Positions 25,233 through 37,750 of a stretch of DNA of 64,000 nt are shown here, in pieces. The notes under the pieces are model-generated. The model worked only from the letters and a program-made list of their open reading frames with translations, had not been told where the DNA came from and did no database searches. The stretch comes from Harriotta raleighana. Lineage: Eukaryota. Position 1 is the stretch's first letter. Each line of letters starts with the position of its first letter. Location of the stretch: NCBI GenBank assembly GCA_050575255.1, contig JBNZDD010013599.1, positions 1,925,053-1,989,052 on the forward strand. Reading direction: 5' to 3'. The translations under genes were made by a program, and so were the position numbers.

Positions 25233-27227
25233 CTCAAGATATTTCCATAATAATCTCTATCGTTTCAGTAAAACGAAAGAAAAGAACTCTTATTACAGCA
25301 ATAAAAACAGCAAAGTGATCTTCTAATGCTACTTTATTAGATTCATTTTTATCTCCTATCGACTAAGGGTGACGTACCATAACCAGGATTTATGGAGCAA
25401 AAATTAATGTGAGAGTCTTATGATCCCAAACGCAGTTGTGAAAAATATCACATTGGGATTCATTACAATCCATCCTGACATCGATCTTCAGATAAAATGC
25501 AGGAAATTAGAAATGTCTTCTCTTCTGTGTACAGGTAACCATAACAGCTAGAGAGACCACTCATCCTTGACTGAAACATCCGCAAAGTGTCTCATCTGCC
25601 CCCTCTCCCTGCCGTTTTGTTGAAGTTCAAAACGCAGAGACTTTTTTTTTGTTTGTTTTGAACTTTACTGCAATTAACCCCTTGTGCGGTGTGCGGAACT
25701 CGCAGCGACAGACCAAACTGTCTGAATCTTTCCTGTTTCAAATTGACCATTTCAAAGAAGAAATGGTAATTAAAAAAAAGGCGGCGGCTTTTATTCAAAG
25801 CCCAAGTCATAGTTTGCGGTTGAAAAATTCAGGCCATTCCATATTTATCAGAGGGAAATTAGGCATTAGCTATCTGGGATATATTTTTCCCGGAATAGCC
25901 TCCCGTTTTGGTGATATTCAATTTGAAATTGACACGGATTCACACGATGGCTCTTATTTCCTTGTACTGTACACCGACCGTGTTACAAAGCAAATTGGGT
26001 TTGTTTCATCTTTCCGAGTTGCGAGTAATACATATTCCTAATATGAACTGGGAAAGAGTATACACTAGAGCATAGTTGTGCTAATCTATTTCAAGGTATC
26101 CTATTGATGTCTGTGCATTGCTGACAGTAAGCAGGCAACTTCAAAGCACTCCTTACTCTGGGCTTTCTGTTTGGATTCCGACAACATTCGCTTTAATTGG
26201 AAAAAAAAACCCCCCAGCAACATTTACCTTCAAATTTATAGCGATTGTGACAAGAAAGGTGCTATCGGGAAGAAAGAGCTTGCGATAGCGAGTCACACAA
26301 TGACACTTTTCAGTTCGAAGGTACACAGGATTTTACAGGCGGAGATGTGAGAGACTTGGGCTGAGTGAGTTGTCTTTTGACTCCACTGATCCATCATTTG
26401 CTACCCACTTAGCGGTTCTCTTTTGCCCTTGGCAATTTTCTTCCCTTCCCCTCTCAAAGAGTTTGACTTATTTTGCTTCCACCTTCAATGGGGAATGGGT
26501 CCATTGGAGCTGCTGCTACGCAGAAGGGTCCAGGGTTCAAGTGGCGGATTCTTGACAGGTTCATCTGCTTCAGCGGGAGCTGTGCACTCACCACACATCC
26601 ACCTCCCCATCAGCAGCGGCAGATACACTGTAAAGTGGAATGACGGGGGCGAGAATAATGGGACCGTCCCAGTCTATATAGCTCAGCTTACTCACTGAAT
26701 CAATTCACTGAAGCACTGGGGAAGCTTGTGTAGGAAATGTTCGAGGAGCTACTTCAGATACAGGAGGTTAAGAAAACCAACGCAAAGCCCACGACCATCC
26801 GCATTCCTTTGGGATCCTGTCCTGGGAAACTTTATAAATGTGATTATTAATTAATTAGAAAACATTTATTTAAGGCAAGTGCGTTTATCAGTCGCTGGCT
26901 GAGCAAAAATCGAATAGCTTCTCATTTTATTGGTCTATGGGGTTATTATAAGCACTAGAAAAACTAGCTGGTGGGTTGTACATATTATTGATTCTCTGCC
27001 ACCTTGTGAAAGTGCACTTCTGGCCAGAGGGATAATAAATCTTAGTATCAGTGTGACACAAATCCATGTTCAAGATCTATATGGCAGCAAGTGCAGATGG
27101 CAGATGAAAAAGCTCAAAACTGATCAATAAATCTTTGTTGTCTGTTTGCATAAATAACCTATGATTTGTTTTGGGGGAAGATACACTTCAAACATTGTCT
27201 CTCTCGGGCAGAAGCTTGCTGATACAT

Positions 27228-27280
27228 GATACACGTGAAGGGGGGCTACATAAATAAATGCAAGTTGTTGTTGTCGTTGA
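27228..27280 (+). mobile_element. L2-type tail remnant
   Basis: CGTGAAGGGGGGCTACATAAATAAATGCAA(GTT)n. Confidence 0.5.
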
Positions 27281-27284
27281 GCCA

Positions 27285-27456
27285 GGGACTGACTGGATTG
27301 CACTTTCAAACAGTGACCAAACTATTGTTATTTCTTNAAAGTGGGACTCACTGGATTGCACTTTCAAACAGTGACCAAACTATTGTTATTTCTTTTAAGN
27401 GACTGACTGGATTGCACTTTCAAACAGTGACCAAACTATTGTTATTTCTTTTAAGG
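27285..27456. repeat. Triplicated ~50-bp block with single Ns at 27337 and 27400 (assembly overlap)
   Basis: ACTGGATTGCACTTTCAAACAGTGACCAAACTATTGTTATTTCTT occurs three times. Confidence 0.9.
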
Positions 27457-28651
27457 GCATTATTACACCTCCCCCACATCGCCCCCCGCCCTCCACCCAC
27501 CCACCACCTCCCCATCCCCCATCCCCCACCCAGAAAAGCGATCTGCCACAACCAACAAAGAATCAGGTTCTGACTTATTGCTAGGTAACGTACATTAAGA
27601 AAACTATATTTGAGGAAGAAAAGCTATCGCAGTATATCAATGCCATTGTCAATCTAATTTATTTGGGCTGTTATTCCAGAGCCAATGTACAGGACAAGAG
27701 TAGTGATCGAAAAAAGAACAGACAGAACAGTCAGTCTGCTCAGTAATAACAGATGCATAGCTAGATGCTAAAACATACGTGAGGGTCATTTGTTGCTCTG
27801 AGTGTTTGGTCAAAAGACCAACATTGGCTGTACTTATCGAATAAGTGTTGCAATTTTGCAAAATTGCATTAACACGCTCTGAAGTACAAAACTCTACAGC
27901 ACTTAAGCCACTCATTCCCTCAGCGGGATGGTCAGCTAATATAGTACTCACAATGTTCATTTCCAAATGACTGGCAAACAATAAAATGTGTGTGGGGGGT
28001 GGGTGGGGGGTGTGGGGTAGGGGGAGGAAGGGGGAATGTTCACAAACTGTACAGTATTAAAGAGACCAGGAACATTTTTGTTATGGAACAAGCAAGGTTG
28101 GAGTTTAATACTGCTTTTAATATTGCTGCAGTCTAATGGCAGCATGTTCGAATTTACTGCTGTACCAATGAATTTTGAAGAGCACAGACTTCAACCGATA
28201 CAGATTTCAGTCCCGGTGACGGACTTGTTTCATTGCCGCCTAAAATTGGGGTCTGGAGAAGCTATAATGACTGCCTGTCAGGAAAACTTTGAATGGTGAT
28301 TTACAATTAAAGCAGCGGTAAAGGATTGGAAATATCAGTATTGATCTGCCTGGAAAAATAATATGAGGAGGAGCTGAGTGGGGACGATCTTTATCGGGCG
28401 TTTTCCGTAGCATGGGAATACAGATTGTTTGGCAACTGGAATCACATGGGACATTTTAAAGCTAATAGGAATCGACCGTTATAATGGGAAGTATTACTGT
28501 CTAAACTACAGCGTTGGTACAAAGACAACGCACTGAAAAGGATGATCCATTTTGTCGCCAATACGTTTTGGCTCTTTAGGCTGACAGAGGAACGGGTTTG
28601 ATATCACTGTTAGCTCAGTCAGTACGTCCAGACTGTCTGCCGATCACACTC

Positions 28652-28702
28652 AGCGCCTCGGGAACGTCCTCCGAACGTGAAAGGCGCTAAACAAATGTAA
28701 CG
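28652..28702 (+). mobile_element. L2 mini-tail
   Basis: AGCGCCTCGGGAACGTCCTCCGAACGTGAAAGGCGCTAAACAAATGTAA. Confidence 0.7.
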
Positions 28703-28921
28703 TGGGAATTGTATTGCCCGTACTTACTAAGGCTGGACTGTCTGAATTTCCTGTCCACTGTACGGAGAGGAACAAAGCACGAGAATTTCATAGGGAGGTG
28801 GCCTGACAGTGGCATTGTTGTGACATTGATGGATGACAAGCAGAGGTTCAGGGCTCCGACCCTCCCACTGACCATCAACAACTTGCACTTATATGGCACC
28901 TTACACGTGTGGCTAGTGCCT

Positions 28922-29015
28922 CAGCAGCAGCAGCAACAACAACAACAACCACCACCACGACCACTTTGACTTACATGGCGGGCGCCCTCCACGCCGGACG
29001 GCGTCTCAGAGAGCT
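28922..29015 (-). mobile_element. L2 tail of the second class with a drifted trinucleotide tail
   Basis: Revcomp CTCTGAGACGCCGTCCGGCGTGGAGGG...AAGTCAAAG(GTG/GTT/GCT)n matches the tail at 37695-37750. Confidence 0.7.
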
Positions 29016-29043
29016 AGAACGACGTCTCAGGCCTTCCACAAGT

Positions 29044-30660
29044 ATTGGTGAAGGATCGAGCATCATTACGTACACTTCTCACCATCAGTGGTGACATGAT
29101 GAGCCGGACTTTAGACATGTTTTCGTGTTTGGCTCGTAACCTGACCTGGGAGCGAGCGGACGCTGAGCTCCGTGTTACAATGCTCTCAGCGTAAGTTTGT
29201 TGTTGTTGTTGTTGTTGTTCTCTGCCACAGTTATTTTATTTTATTTATTTTTCTTATTTTACAGCAAGTACCCACTCGTACAGTGATGTCTATCGAGACG
29301 GAGGAGCCTTCCTAGTCAGTTCAGTGCTGGGCATTCCTGGAGCAACATCAGGGTTGCAGTTGCTATCAGGTCAGAAATCTGTACTTGTGGCAGGATCTGA
29401 GACAAGATGCAGTTGGGAGCATTGGTGTGTGGAGGTGTGCAACGAACCCATGTCAATGAGGCTGCATCTGCGGATCACTCTCACTATCAGCACTCAGAAG
29501 CAGACGAGTTTGGTCGATATTAACCCACGCGATACACAATCAGTTCCTTTTACCATACAGGTAAAAGCGTTCCGAGACGTCCCATGATTAAGCACACTAT
29601 TAAACGCAAGGATTTCTCCTTCTTCTCGTTCTTCTTAATATCATGAAAGTGGGAATTTACTTCCGTGAGTAAAAGCTTCTTGGGGGAGGGCGCGAGCACG
29701 ACTGAATGGGAAAGAAAGCGAAAGCGACACAATTCCCGAAGCACTGCATAGATGTTCATATCTGGGGCTTCAGATCAATACTTTTTTTTGTTTACAGCTC
29801 AAAAGTTCTGCCGATGAAAAAGCAGAAAATATAACAGATCGGCCCCGGATCNCATTGGTGAAGGATCGAGCATCGTTATGTACACTTCTCACCATCAGTG
29901 GTGACATGATGAGCCGGACTTTAGACACGTTTTCGTGTTTGGCTCGTAACCTGACCTGGGAGCGAGCGGACGCTGAGCTCCGTGTTACAATGCTCTCAGC
30001 GTAAGTTTGTTGTTGTTGTTGTTGTTGTTCTCTGCCACAGTTATTTTATTTTATTTATTTTTCTTATTTTACAGCAAGTACCCACTCGTACAGTGATGTC
30101 TATCGAGACGGAGGAGCCTTCCTAGTCAGTTCAGTGCTGGGCATTCCTGGAGCAACATCAGGGTTGCAGTTGCTATCAGGTCAGAAATCTGTACTTGTGG
30201 CAGGATCTGAGACAAGATGCAGTTGGGAGCATTGGTGTGTGGAGGTGTGCAACGAACCCATGTCAATGAGGCTGCATCTGCGGATCACTCTCACTATCAG
30301 CACTCAGAAGCAGACGAGTTTGGTCGATATTAACCCACGCGATACACAATCAGTTCCTTTTACCATACAGGTAAAAGCGTTCCGAGACGTCCCATGATTA
30401 AGCACACTATTAAACGCAAGGATTTCTCCTTCTTCTCGTTCTTCTTAATATCATGAAAGTGGGAATTTACTTCCGTGAGTAAAAGCTTCTTGGGGAGGGC
30501 GCGAGCACGACTGAATGGGAAAGGAAGCGAAAGCGACACAATTCCCGAAGCACTGCATAGATGTTCATATCTGGGGCTTCAGATCAATACTTTTTTTTGT
30601 TTACAGCTCAAAAGTTCTGCCGATGAAAAAGCAGAAAATATAACAGATCGGCCCCGGATC
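29044..30660. repeat. ~808-bp duplicate around single N at 29852
   Basis: 29044-29851 matches 29854-30660 with a few SNPs and a 1-bp indel; the same 87-aa ORF is listed twice. Confidence 0.92.
29265..29560 (+). other. Candidate 296-nt exon (duplicated at 30075-30370), product unknown
   Basis: Strong acceptor TTTTTCTTATTTTACAG, donor CAG|GTAAAA, and one frame open throughout. No homology recognised. Confidence 0.3.
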
Positions 30661-31881
30661 TGAAAGCCTCCGAAGCTGCTTCCCAGCCGCTGAAAGGCAG
30701 CTATCGAAACGCCCGTCCTCAGCCCCATAATGGCTTTGTACACCAGACAGACGGCATAAATCTGCTCCATCGGCTTTGCATCGCGCTTTTTGCGCTACTT
30801 CAATACCTGTAACTGAGAGGTTTCTTGCTCATATAACACCTCTACCTATAATAGATAAGTATCCTTTATAAATCACAGCGTGAAAGTGACAGCTCGTGTA
30901 TTTACTTACTTTTTTGTGTCCTGTTGACACGCAGTTTTAAAAATAAAAGCCTGGCCTCTGAAGGATATGAGCTATTCTCTGAAGCCCAGGTGTTTTTAGA
31001 ACCGCAACACCAGTGGAAAAGGATGCGATCATCAAATGGGCCGTTTATAGGTAATTATTTTTCCTGTATACTTTATAGTCTCTGGAGATACAGGCAATGT
31101 AATATTTCACCCATCAAGGACATGACCTGGATTATTTACTATCCATGATGAGACTGCCCGGGTTTTGGTGTCACTGTGAATGATTGCCTATAACTACTGA
31201 ATTTCACACCTCCCATCTTCACTGCCTGATAAGCTTGGTTATGGGTTTCATATTATACATATATATATATGTATGAAAAAAGGAGTCACTGCAATCAGGC
31301 GATGACAGAATATTCTCCTTGATCTGCAGAATGGTAGTTAGATACAGTCAGATAATAAACTTACAGAGTCAGGTATTTTTCTTAAAGCAAAAAACTGCAT
31401 ACAAAATAAACAAACGCTCCCTTTTTGTCACAAAACATTTGAAATAACTAGCCACATCTCAGCAGGGTTAACATAAAAAGGAATTGTGTTTGATGATCTA
31501 GAAAAGAGGATGGATGGAGTTTCTTTCTCTCTCTCTCTCGCTCTCTCTCTCTCACACACTCTCTCTCCCGGGATCCTGATTAACAATCTCCTCAAATAAA
31601 ATGAGGCTCGGCTGTGCACACCTACTGTGTTCACCTACACTTTGTAATACTGTACATAGCTTGAAGCATTTTAAAATGTTCTCCTCCTAATATAAATGTC
31701 ACAACACCAAATGTAAGAATTTATATTATTACAAAGCATACCAAGTACTGTAATAGCAATTATTTCTGGTTTCCAACAACACTAAGAATAAATACACTTC
31801 CAAACCAAGTCAGTTTCTTTGGATTGATGGTACTTTATTGCATTGAATACTTCTTACTAAGATCTCTTAGTACCTCTTGTT

Positions 31882-32083
31882 AGGATTTCTCCTTGAGATG
31901 TGACAAATTTGCATTTTGTCACTCACAAGCCCACTTCAACAGCAATAAGCCTAAACCACTAGAAGAAATCATGTTGAATTAAATTTATCGAAAGATAAAG
32001 AGGCTTATTTCCAAATGTTCATCTATTTTCAAAAGGATCTCTCCTTGTGATGTGACCAATTTGCATTTTGTTATCAACGAGCC
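31882..32083. repeat. Diverged 50-bp direct repeat, period 152 bp
   Basis: AGGATTTCTCCTTGAGATGTGACAAATTTGCATTTTGT versus AGGATCTCTCCTTGTGATGTGACCAATTTGCATTTTGT, with no N between them. Confidence 0.8.
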
Positions 32084-33179
32084 TAGAGTTATGAGCTTTT
32101 TTTTTTTCCTGACAAACATTACAGTCGAAGAGATATGATCAGCCAATCTGGACAGCTACAGAAATACCAGGTAGAGAGCCTGAGATCCGCAATGCATATC
32201 TGTACAGATACATTCAGGTTTCCAAATTGAGGATGCAGAACACTGCGAACTAGATTAACATTATGTATTGTTTGTGTAAGGAATAGCACAATNAAAGGCT
32301 GAGAGTTTGTATGTGTGGGGTGTGTGTGGGGAGGCGGGGAGGGTGGGGGGGTAGAGGGAGTGAAATTCAAAGGTGAAAGATTGAGATTATAACCTCTACT
32401 TTCTTCAAACATTACAGCAACGTACAAACCTATTTCTTTGTAAACCTAGTAACTCTCTGCTTCGTACAAAGTAAAATCTGATCATTATCAAATTGCATCT
32501 GTTAGTGAAACGCTGTGTTTCTTCAGTCCAATTGTGCTCAGAAACAAGTCAATTATCGTTTATGGCCACTTTATTAACTCAGAAAAGTTCCGTGTAGAAT
32601 GGGCAGGAGGATTAATAATGTTTTATGTTGCGTGGACGTATAGTATTATCATACGTCTGGTTAGTCCCATTACGTTCATCAATTTAACTTCTCTTGTTTC
32701 CGTACAAAGAATAGATTTGGTGGAGGTGCGTTTGGTCAGCCAGGTGTCTGTCTGACACAAAGCGAAAATCCACCACAAAGCTTAAGGGTATCCAAACTAG
32801 ATTTAAGAGTTCATGGGAAAGATATGGTGTTAAGTCTACGCAAAGTAATATCCTTGGAAGGGAATTTGACCACCCCAAATTCAATAAGCCAAAAAATTCC
32901 CTCCCCCCCACCCCAAAAACAAAACATATTTCAATTTGGGAATTCCAGAAAACCAAAGGCAGAAATCAAACGCACACTTTTCATAATCCTGCAGTTAAAT
33001 AAATACCAATAAATAACATTTATTAACAAATGACCTTAAACGGGCCTCTGGTATTGTTTCATCGTGCCCTGTGTGCGTAGAAGACGGGTAATATAATATA
33101 AATAATATATATGTACATTTCGGTTTATCCATAATTCATACTGTTGAGTCTAACCACACATCACCAGACTAAACAAAAG

Positions 33180-33312
33180 GGAAAAACAGAAGTCGCTGGG
33201 AACACTCAGCAAGTCAGGGGACACCCACGGAGAAAGGAAAATGAGTTAACATATCGGGCCGATCACCTTCCATCGCTTCTGTATCTATTTCAGATTTCCT
33301 GCGGTACTTTGT
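33180..33312. mobile_element. Collapsed Penelope-like terminal repeat remnant
   Basis: AAAACAGAA..GCTGG.AACACTCAGCAAGTCAGG...GGAGA...GAGTTAAC...CGAT.ACCTT.CATC joined to TTCTGT.T.TATTTCAGATTTCC. This matches my recollection of the common shark inverted Penelope terminus. Confidence 0.55.
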
Positions 33313-34020
33313 CTGAAAGTAAATCTGGAACAGTTAGAATGTGTAACAGTCTTTTCAGACCATTGGGGCCTGTGTCCTTGGATGCGGAGAAAGTGAAAGC
33401 TATTGTTATTTCCTGTGTGCACTCAACCACTGTGAGATAGCAAGACTGTTTCCGGACACAACTATTAATAAAATGGGATTTGATGGATCATGGTTCTTAG
33501 GACCCTATAACTAGATTCGGAGGTTGTCTGTTGGGTACTCTCACTTTATCTTCCAGCGCAATATAAACTCCAGGAAGGAGTGCAGCTGGACTGTCAAGAA
33601 TATAAAGCTGTGGCAGGGATGGAAAATTGCACGAAGAAGCCAGACAGGTGCAGCAACTTTTCTTCATTATGGGAATGCCGCTTAGGATGTCGTACATACA
33701 TCACCGACACTTCATCCATCATACGGAGGCCCTGTTTCTGATTACTGCTATCATCTGCGGCCAGTCCAGGCCCGGCTGTACAAGCACAGTCGAACATATT
33801 GTGGTGGCAGCATACCAACAGCTAGGGGTTACGATTTGGCAGTGAGTCAATTTGCTTGCATCATACAATAGAATAATTAGTATGCCCACATTTTAGTTAA
33901 CAAGGAGGCTGGAGACCAGCTGTTAGGTAGGCTCGGACTGCTCCAGCTGATCAAATTAATGGCAGAATGCAAAACAACACCTTTCCCGACAAGACATTTG
34001 TGGCTTGAGTCGCACACAAA

Positions 34021-34226
34021 AGTCCTATTTGTACCTTCAGAACGAAGGACTCAGCTGAAGTACAACAGCCTGTACGTCATTTGAATGGGATTACCTTTGT
34101 TATGAGGAAAGGTGAGTCANGTCCTATTTGTACCTTCAGAACGAAGGACTCAGCTGAAGTACAACGGCCGCGAGTCTGTACGTCATTTGAATGGGATTAC
34201 CTTTGTTATGAGGAAAGGTGAGTCAA
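34021..34226. repeat. Duplicate around single N at 34120
   Basis: Copies differ by a small indel (ACAGCCTGTA versus ACGGCCGCGAGTCTGTA). Confidence 0.9.
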
Positions 34227-35399
34227 GCCATTCGCAATCTGTGCGAGCAAACGATAGGGGACAATATAGATTGTACGCTTTCAGTTTGAAATGAAATCAA
34301 ACGAAAGAAAAAAAAAAGGGGGGACCCATTTCATCAGCCGCCACTGAAATTCGATACTGCTTTTTGCTGAGATCATCAAGATGTGATGTTGGTGGACGCA
34401 ATAATTATCCGGAAGAAACAAAGGAATCCGATTATCGGTACATTACAGAGATAAATCACAACGCCTTTTTTTGTTTTGAAATTATGTGTTGGAAGTTGTA
34501 AAAGAAAAGGTAGTTGATTCGTCAGAGTGTAAGGAAACGGCTTTTTTGAAATTACATTCATTTGTCGTTCCGCTGTTATGAAAGGACCTTGGAGGATTTC
34601 AATGGAAAATTTGTATTGTAAAGGCGTTCCATTTCAGAGCAGAAACGCAACTGTAGCTCTCGCAAGATTTATGCTACAAGAAAATTTCACGGAACATGCG
34701 CGCGCAATCTATGTGAGCGTGTGTCTGTGTTAGATTGTGTGTGTGTGTGTGTGTGGGGGGGGGGGGCGAGAGGAAAGGTGAGACTGTGGGTGAGTGAGTG
34801 TGTTATGTACATGTTTGTAGCTGTAATCAAATTACTGCTTCAACCACAGGTTCCCACCTTTGTCACGGCTGACATACGACATGTATGTTCGGTGGTCAGT
34901 CAGCAGCTCATCTCAGTTCATAACCCACACACAGATCAAGGATTGCAGAATGGATCTGTACAGCTTAACGACAGTTGCCACCACTTGCGTTTCCAAGGAA
35001 AACAAATGTCTTCTATTAGTTATGAATGAAATGCATTAAAAAAAAAGCTTCATTCATCACCAGCGAAAAGGACACCAAATAAATATGTCATTCAGTACAA
35101 GATACCCTTTCTTTTTCTCTCTCTCCTTTGGATTAATATCCGTGTATTCCACCTTCAGCGCCAAACACTAGAGATTAATCTTCAGCTGTGGAACGCTGCA
35201 TAACATGAATGTAATTATTGAGTAACGTGGAATTGTCAATTTTGCATCCAGGTACGAGAACATCTCAAACACTGTGAGGAGAAAACAAACAGAACTCTAT
35301 AGTGTATTCTGTGAATCCCTTTGAGACGCATCAAAGAATGGAGAAATAGGTTGCATTGGATAAACGCCTAGGATTCGCAAGTCCAAAAATGTAACAGCA

Positions 35400-35510
35400 A
35401 AAATAATCCTTGCATTTGATGTCATGCCTTATCACACTCCTTGCCACGTCTCAAAGTGCTTCACAGAACATATATCCCTGTAGAGTGAATTGACTGTGTA
35501 TTTTCGCGGC
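35400..35510 (-). mobile_element. SINE 3' tail
   Basis: AATAATCCTTGCATTTGAT...GCCTTATCAC...CGTCTCAAAGTGCTTCACAGAA...GTGAATTGACTGT. Confidence 0.75.
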
Positions 35511-36067
35511 TTGATTGATATCCATATCCACCCACACAGTCCCGTTACGGAAACGCACCCAGTATCCGCGTGGAAAACGGGAATTCGTTAAGCGTCCGAT
35601 TGAAAAGCGTTGAGAAAAAGACGACTGTGTACCACAATGGCTGCCAAGAAAACGCCATTTCACAATGAAGTTGTTCACAGCGACAACAGACACTATTTGG
35701 GCCACCTGAGGTTTTTAAATGATCAGTTGATTTATTCACAGAATTAGGACGTCTGTGACATAATGATTTAAGTTCTAATCTACAGTGGACCTTGTCATGT
35801 AATTTTGAAAAATGAAAACGCACCTGTTAATTCTGTACAGGCTAATTGGTACAAATTTATCATCGTCGTATGGATATTCATGAATACCATTTGAATAAAT
35901 AAAACGACAGCAGCCTCAGTGACTAAACCCGATGCTTTCCAGATTGTTTAACGTTGTACCTGGGGAAAGAGTTCCCGATTCCTTGAAGGGAAACGTGGGA
36001 CCTGTGGGGGGTTACCTCCAGAAACATGTCATCTAAAGGGCCTCCCTGAATGTAATTCTCAGAAAAT

Positions 36068-36192
36068 GTAAGGGAAAACACACCCTTGAAATGCTTTTTT
36101 TTTTAAAAAAACAAGTTATTAACTGATAGANCGTAAAGGAAAACACACCCTTGAAACGCTTTTTAAAAAAAAACAAGTTATTAACTGATAGA
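36068..36192. repeat. Duplicate around single N at 36131
   Basis: A ~62-bp block is repeated with differences in the T/A runs. Confidence 0.85.
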
Positions 36193-37334
36193 TCTTGGTA
36201 GATAATTAGAACTTCAGGTCCTTTATCAATCATTGTCAGGTATACAGCTGGGCTTATATTCGAAATGAATCTGTCAGCACACAAAAACAAACCCCAAATT
36301 GTACTCCAAAGCATTAAGGCTATTTATAAAGCTGCCAAAATTATCATCGACATTTCTGATCTGACTTTCGATTTCTGATTTTGCTTTGATTTTTTTCAAT
36401 GTTGTTGTTTTCCTTCTGTTTTTCTTCGAACTGAATTGCTGACAAAACAGTCGCGCCCGACCTGCGAAAGGGAACTGAATTAACGTCCACAGATACAGTC
36501 ATTAACTCTGGGTGCTTCGGTGGCTATGTCACTTCAGCTGGGCGTGTGTTAATTAATCTCCCTCACACGAGGCAATCAGCCTTAGCAACTCCAACAGATG
36601 AGTTTCCCTGATGATATCCGATATGTTTCTTTACAAAAAAAAATGAACAGAAATACAGTGGATCAGGATAGGGAAACCCAGCCTTGTTGTGGACTTCTAC
36701 ATCAGCTTCAGAAATAATTCGAAGCTCAAACTGTACGAGTGAAGGTGACAGTTATCGGACGGATTGAGGATTACCAGTTGAGGGTGTGGGAAACGCTTGG
36801 GTTGGACTTTTTAATGATCAGAGGGTCACAGCATTTAGTAATAGATTAAGGCTGAAGGGAAGTCAGCACTCCTAGCTCGCTAACACCTAGTGATCCCACA
36901 AAGCAAAAGAATTGCGACTTGAAATATAAATTCCTGTCCCTTTACCAGGACTCTGATACTCTTGTTGCTCTTCCCCTTTCCCTTCATGCAGAGAGAAAAG
37001 CACAGAGGTTCAAACGCTCCTTATTCGGGGCGCGATTTTCCATTAGTGCTCCTCGCAGCACGGCTGCCAGAGTAAGCAAACTCTCTGCCTCTGTACAGTC
37101 AACGTCTGCCTTACAATCAACACCGAGCTTTTAGTTCGATGCCATAAAAGTGGAAGGTTTTTTCAGTGTTACTTTTTGAGTGAGGAGTGAGAAATAGTAC
37201 ATGATACAGACGGGTAATGGTATTCAATCAGGCAGTTGTATAGTAAATGGCTACTGCCAATAAAGCAGGCATTTATGCAACAGCTCATTTTTGCTGATGG
37301 ATACCAGAGGGTCTGGTAATTGAATTTTGTAGTT

Positions 37335-37750
37335 CTACGCTTTCATGTTATCTGGAATACACTAAGTCGATTTCATCGTCTTCAAATCCCTCCACTCCTC
37401 TGCACCCCACGACCTCTCCGTCCTCCTCTCTCCTCAAACCAGCACCCCGTTGCCTTCGCTCCTCTGGGTCTGGCCTCGTCCATGTCCCCCCCCGAATCCT
37501 CCGCCCCCTCCCGGCGGCCTTGCCTACAGCCACTACACCCTGAGGCTCTGGAACTCCCTTCCTCACTCCCTTCACCTCGCTCCCCCTCTCTTCCGAGTTT
37601 CAGGTCCCACCTAAAGACCTTTCTCTTCGAAAGCGCCTTTTGTCCCCTCTCTACCCCTGCCCCTGGCTCAGTCCTGGGATCCATGGTTGTGAAACGCTCT
37701 GAGACACCGTCCGGCATGGAGGAGCGCTATATAAATCAAAGTTGTTGTTG
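37335..37750 (+). mobile_element. L2 3' fragment (second tail class)
   Basis: FKSLHSSAP..LS, LRSSGSGLVHVPPRILRP, LWNSLP, FRSHLKTFLF; tail CTGAGACACCGTCCGGCATGGAGGAGCGCTATATAAATCAAA(GTT)n. Confidence 0.9.

Noticed and set aside
27285-27456. Three ~50-bp direct repeats resembling a CRISPR-like array
   Set aside because: The copies are separated by single Ns with no real spacers or cas genes; this is assembly overlap in a vertebrate sequence.
28709-28969. PolyQ/polyP ORF
   Set aside because: The trinucleotide tract is the mutated tail of a minus-strand L2.
33556-33842. Exon-like block with acceptor CTTTATCTTCCAG and donor GTGAGT
   Set aside because: The phase 0 frame stops within the block, the donor context is weak, and I recognise no peptide.
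37025-37045. GGGCGCGATTTTCC and similar motifs (6667, 37912, 61038) resembling Harbinger MITE ends
   Set aside because: No paired inverted end or TSD could be located for any of them.
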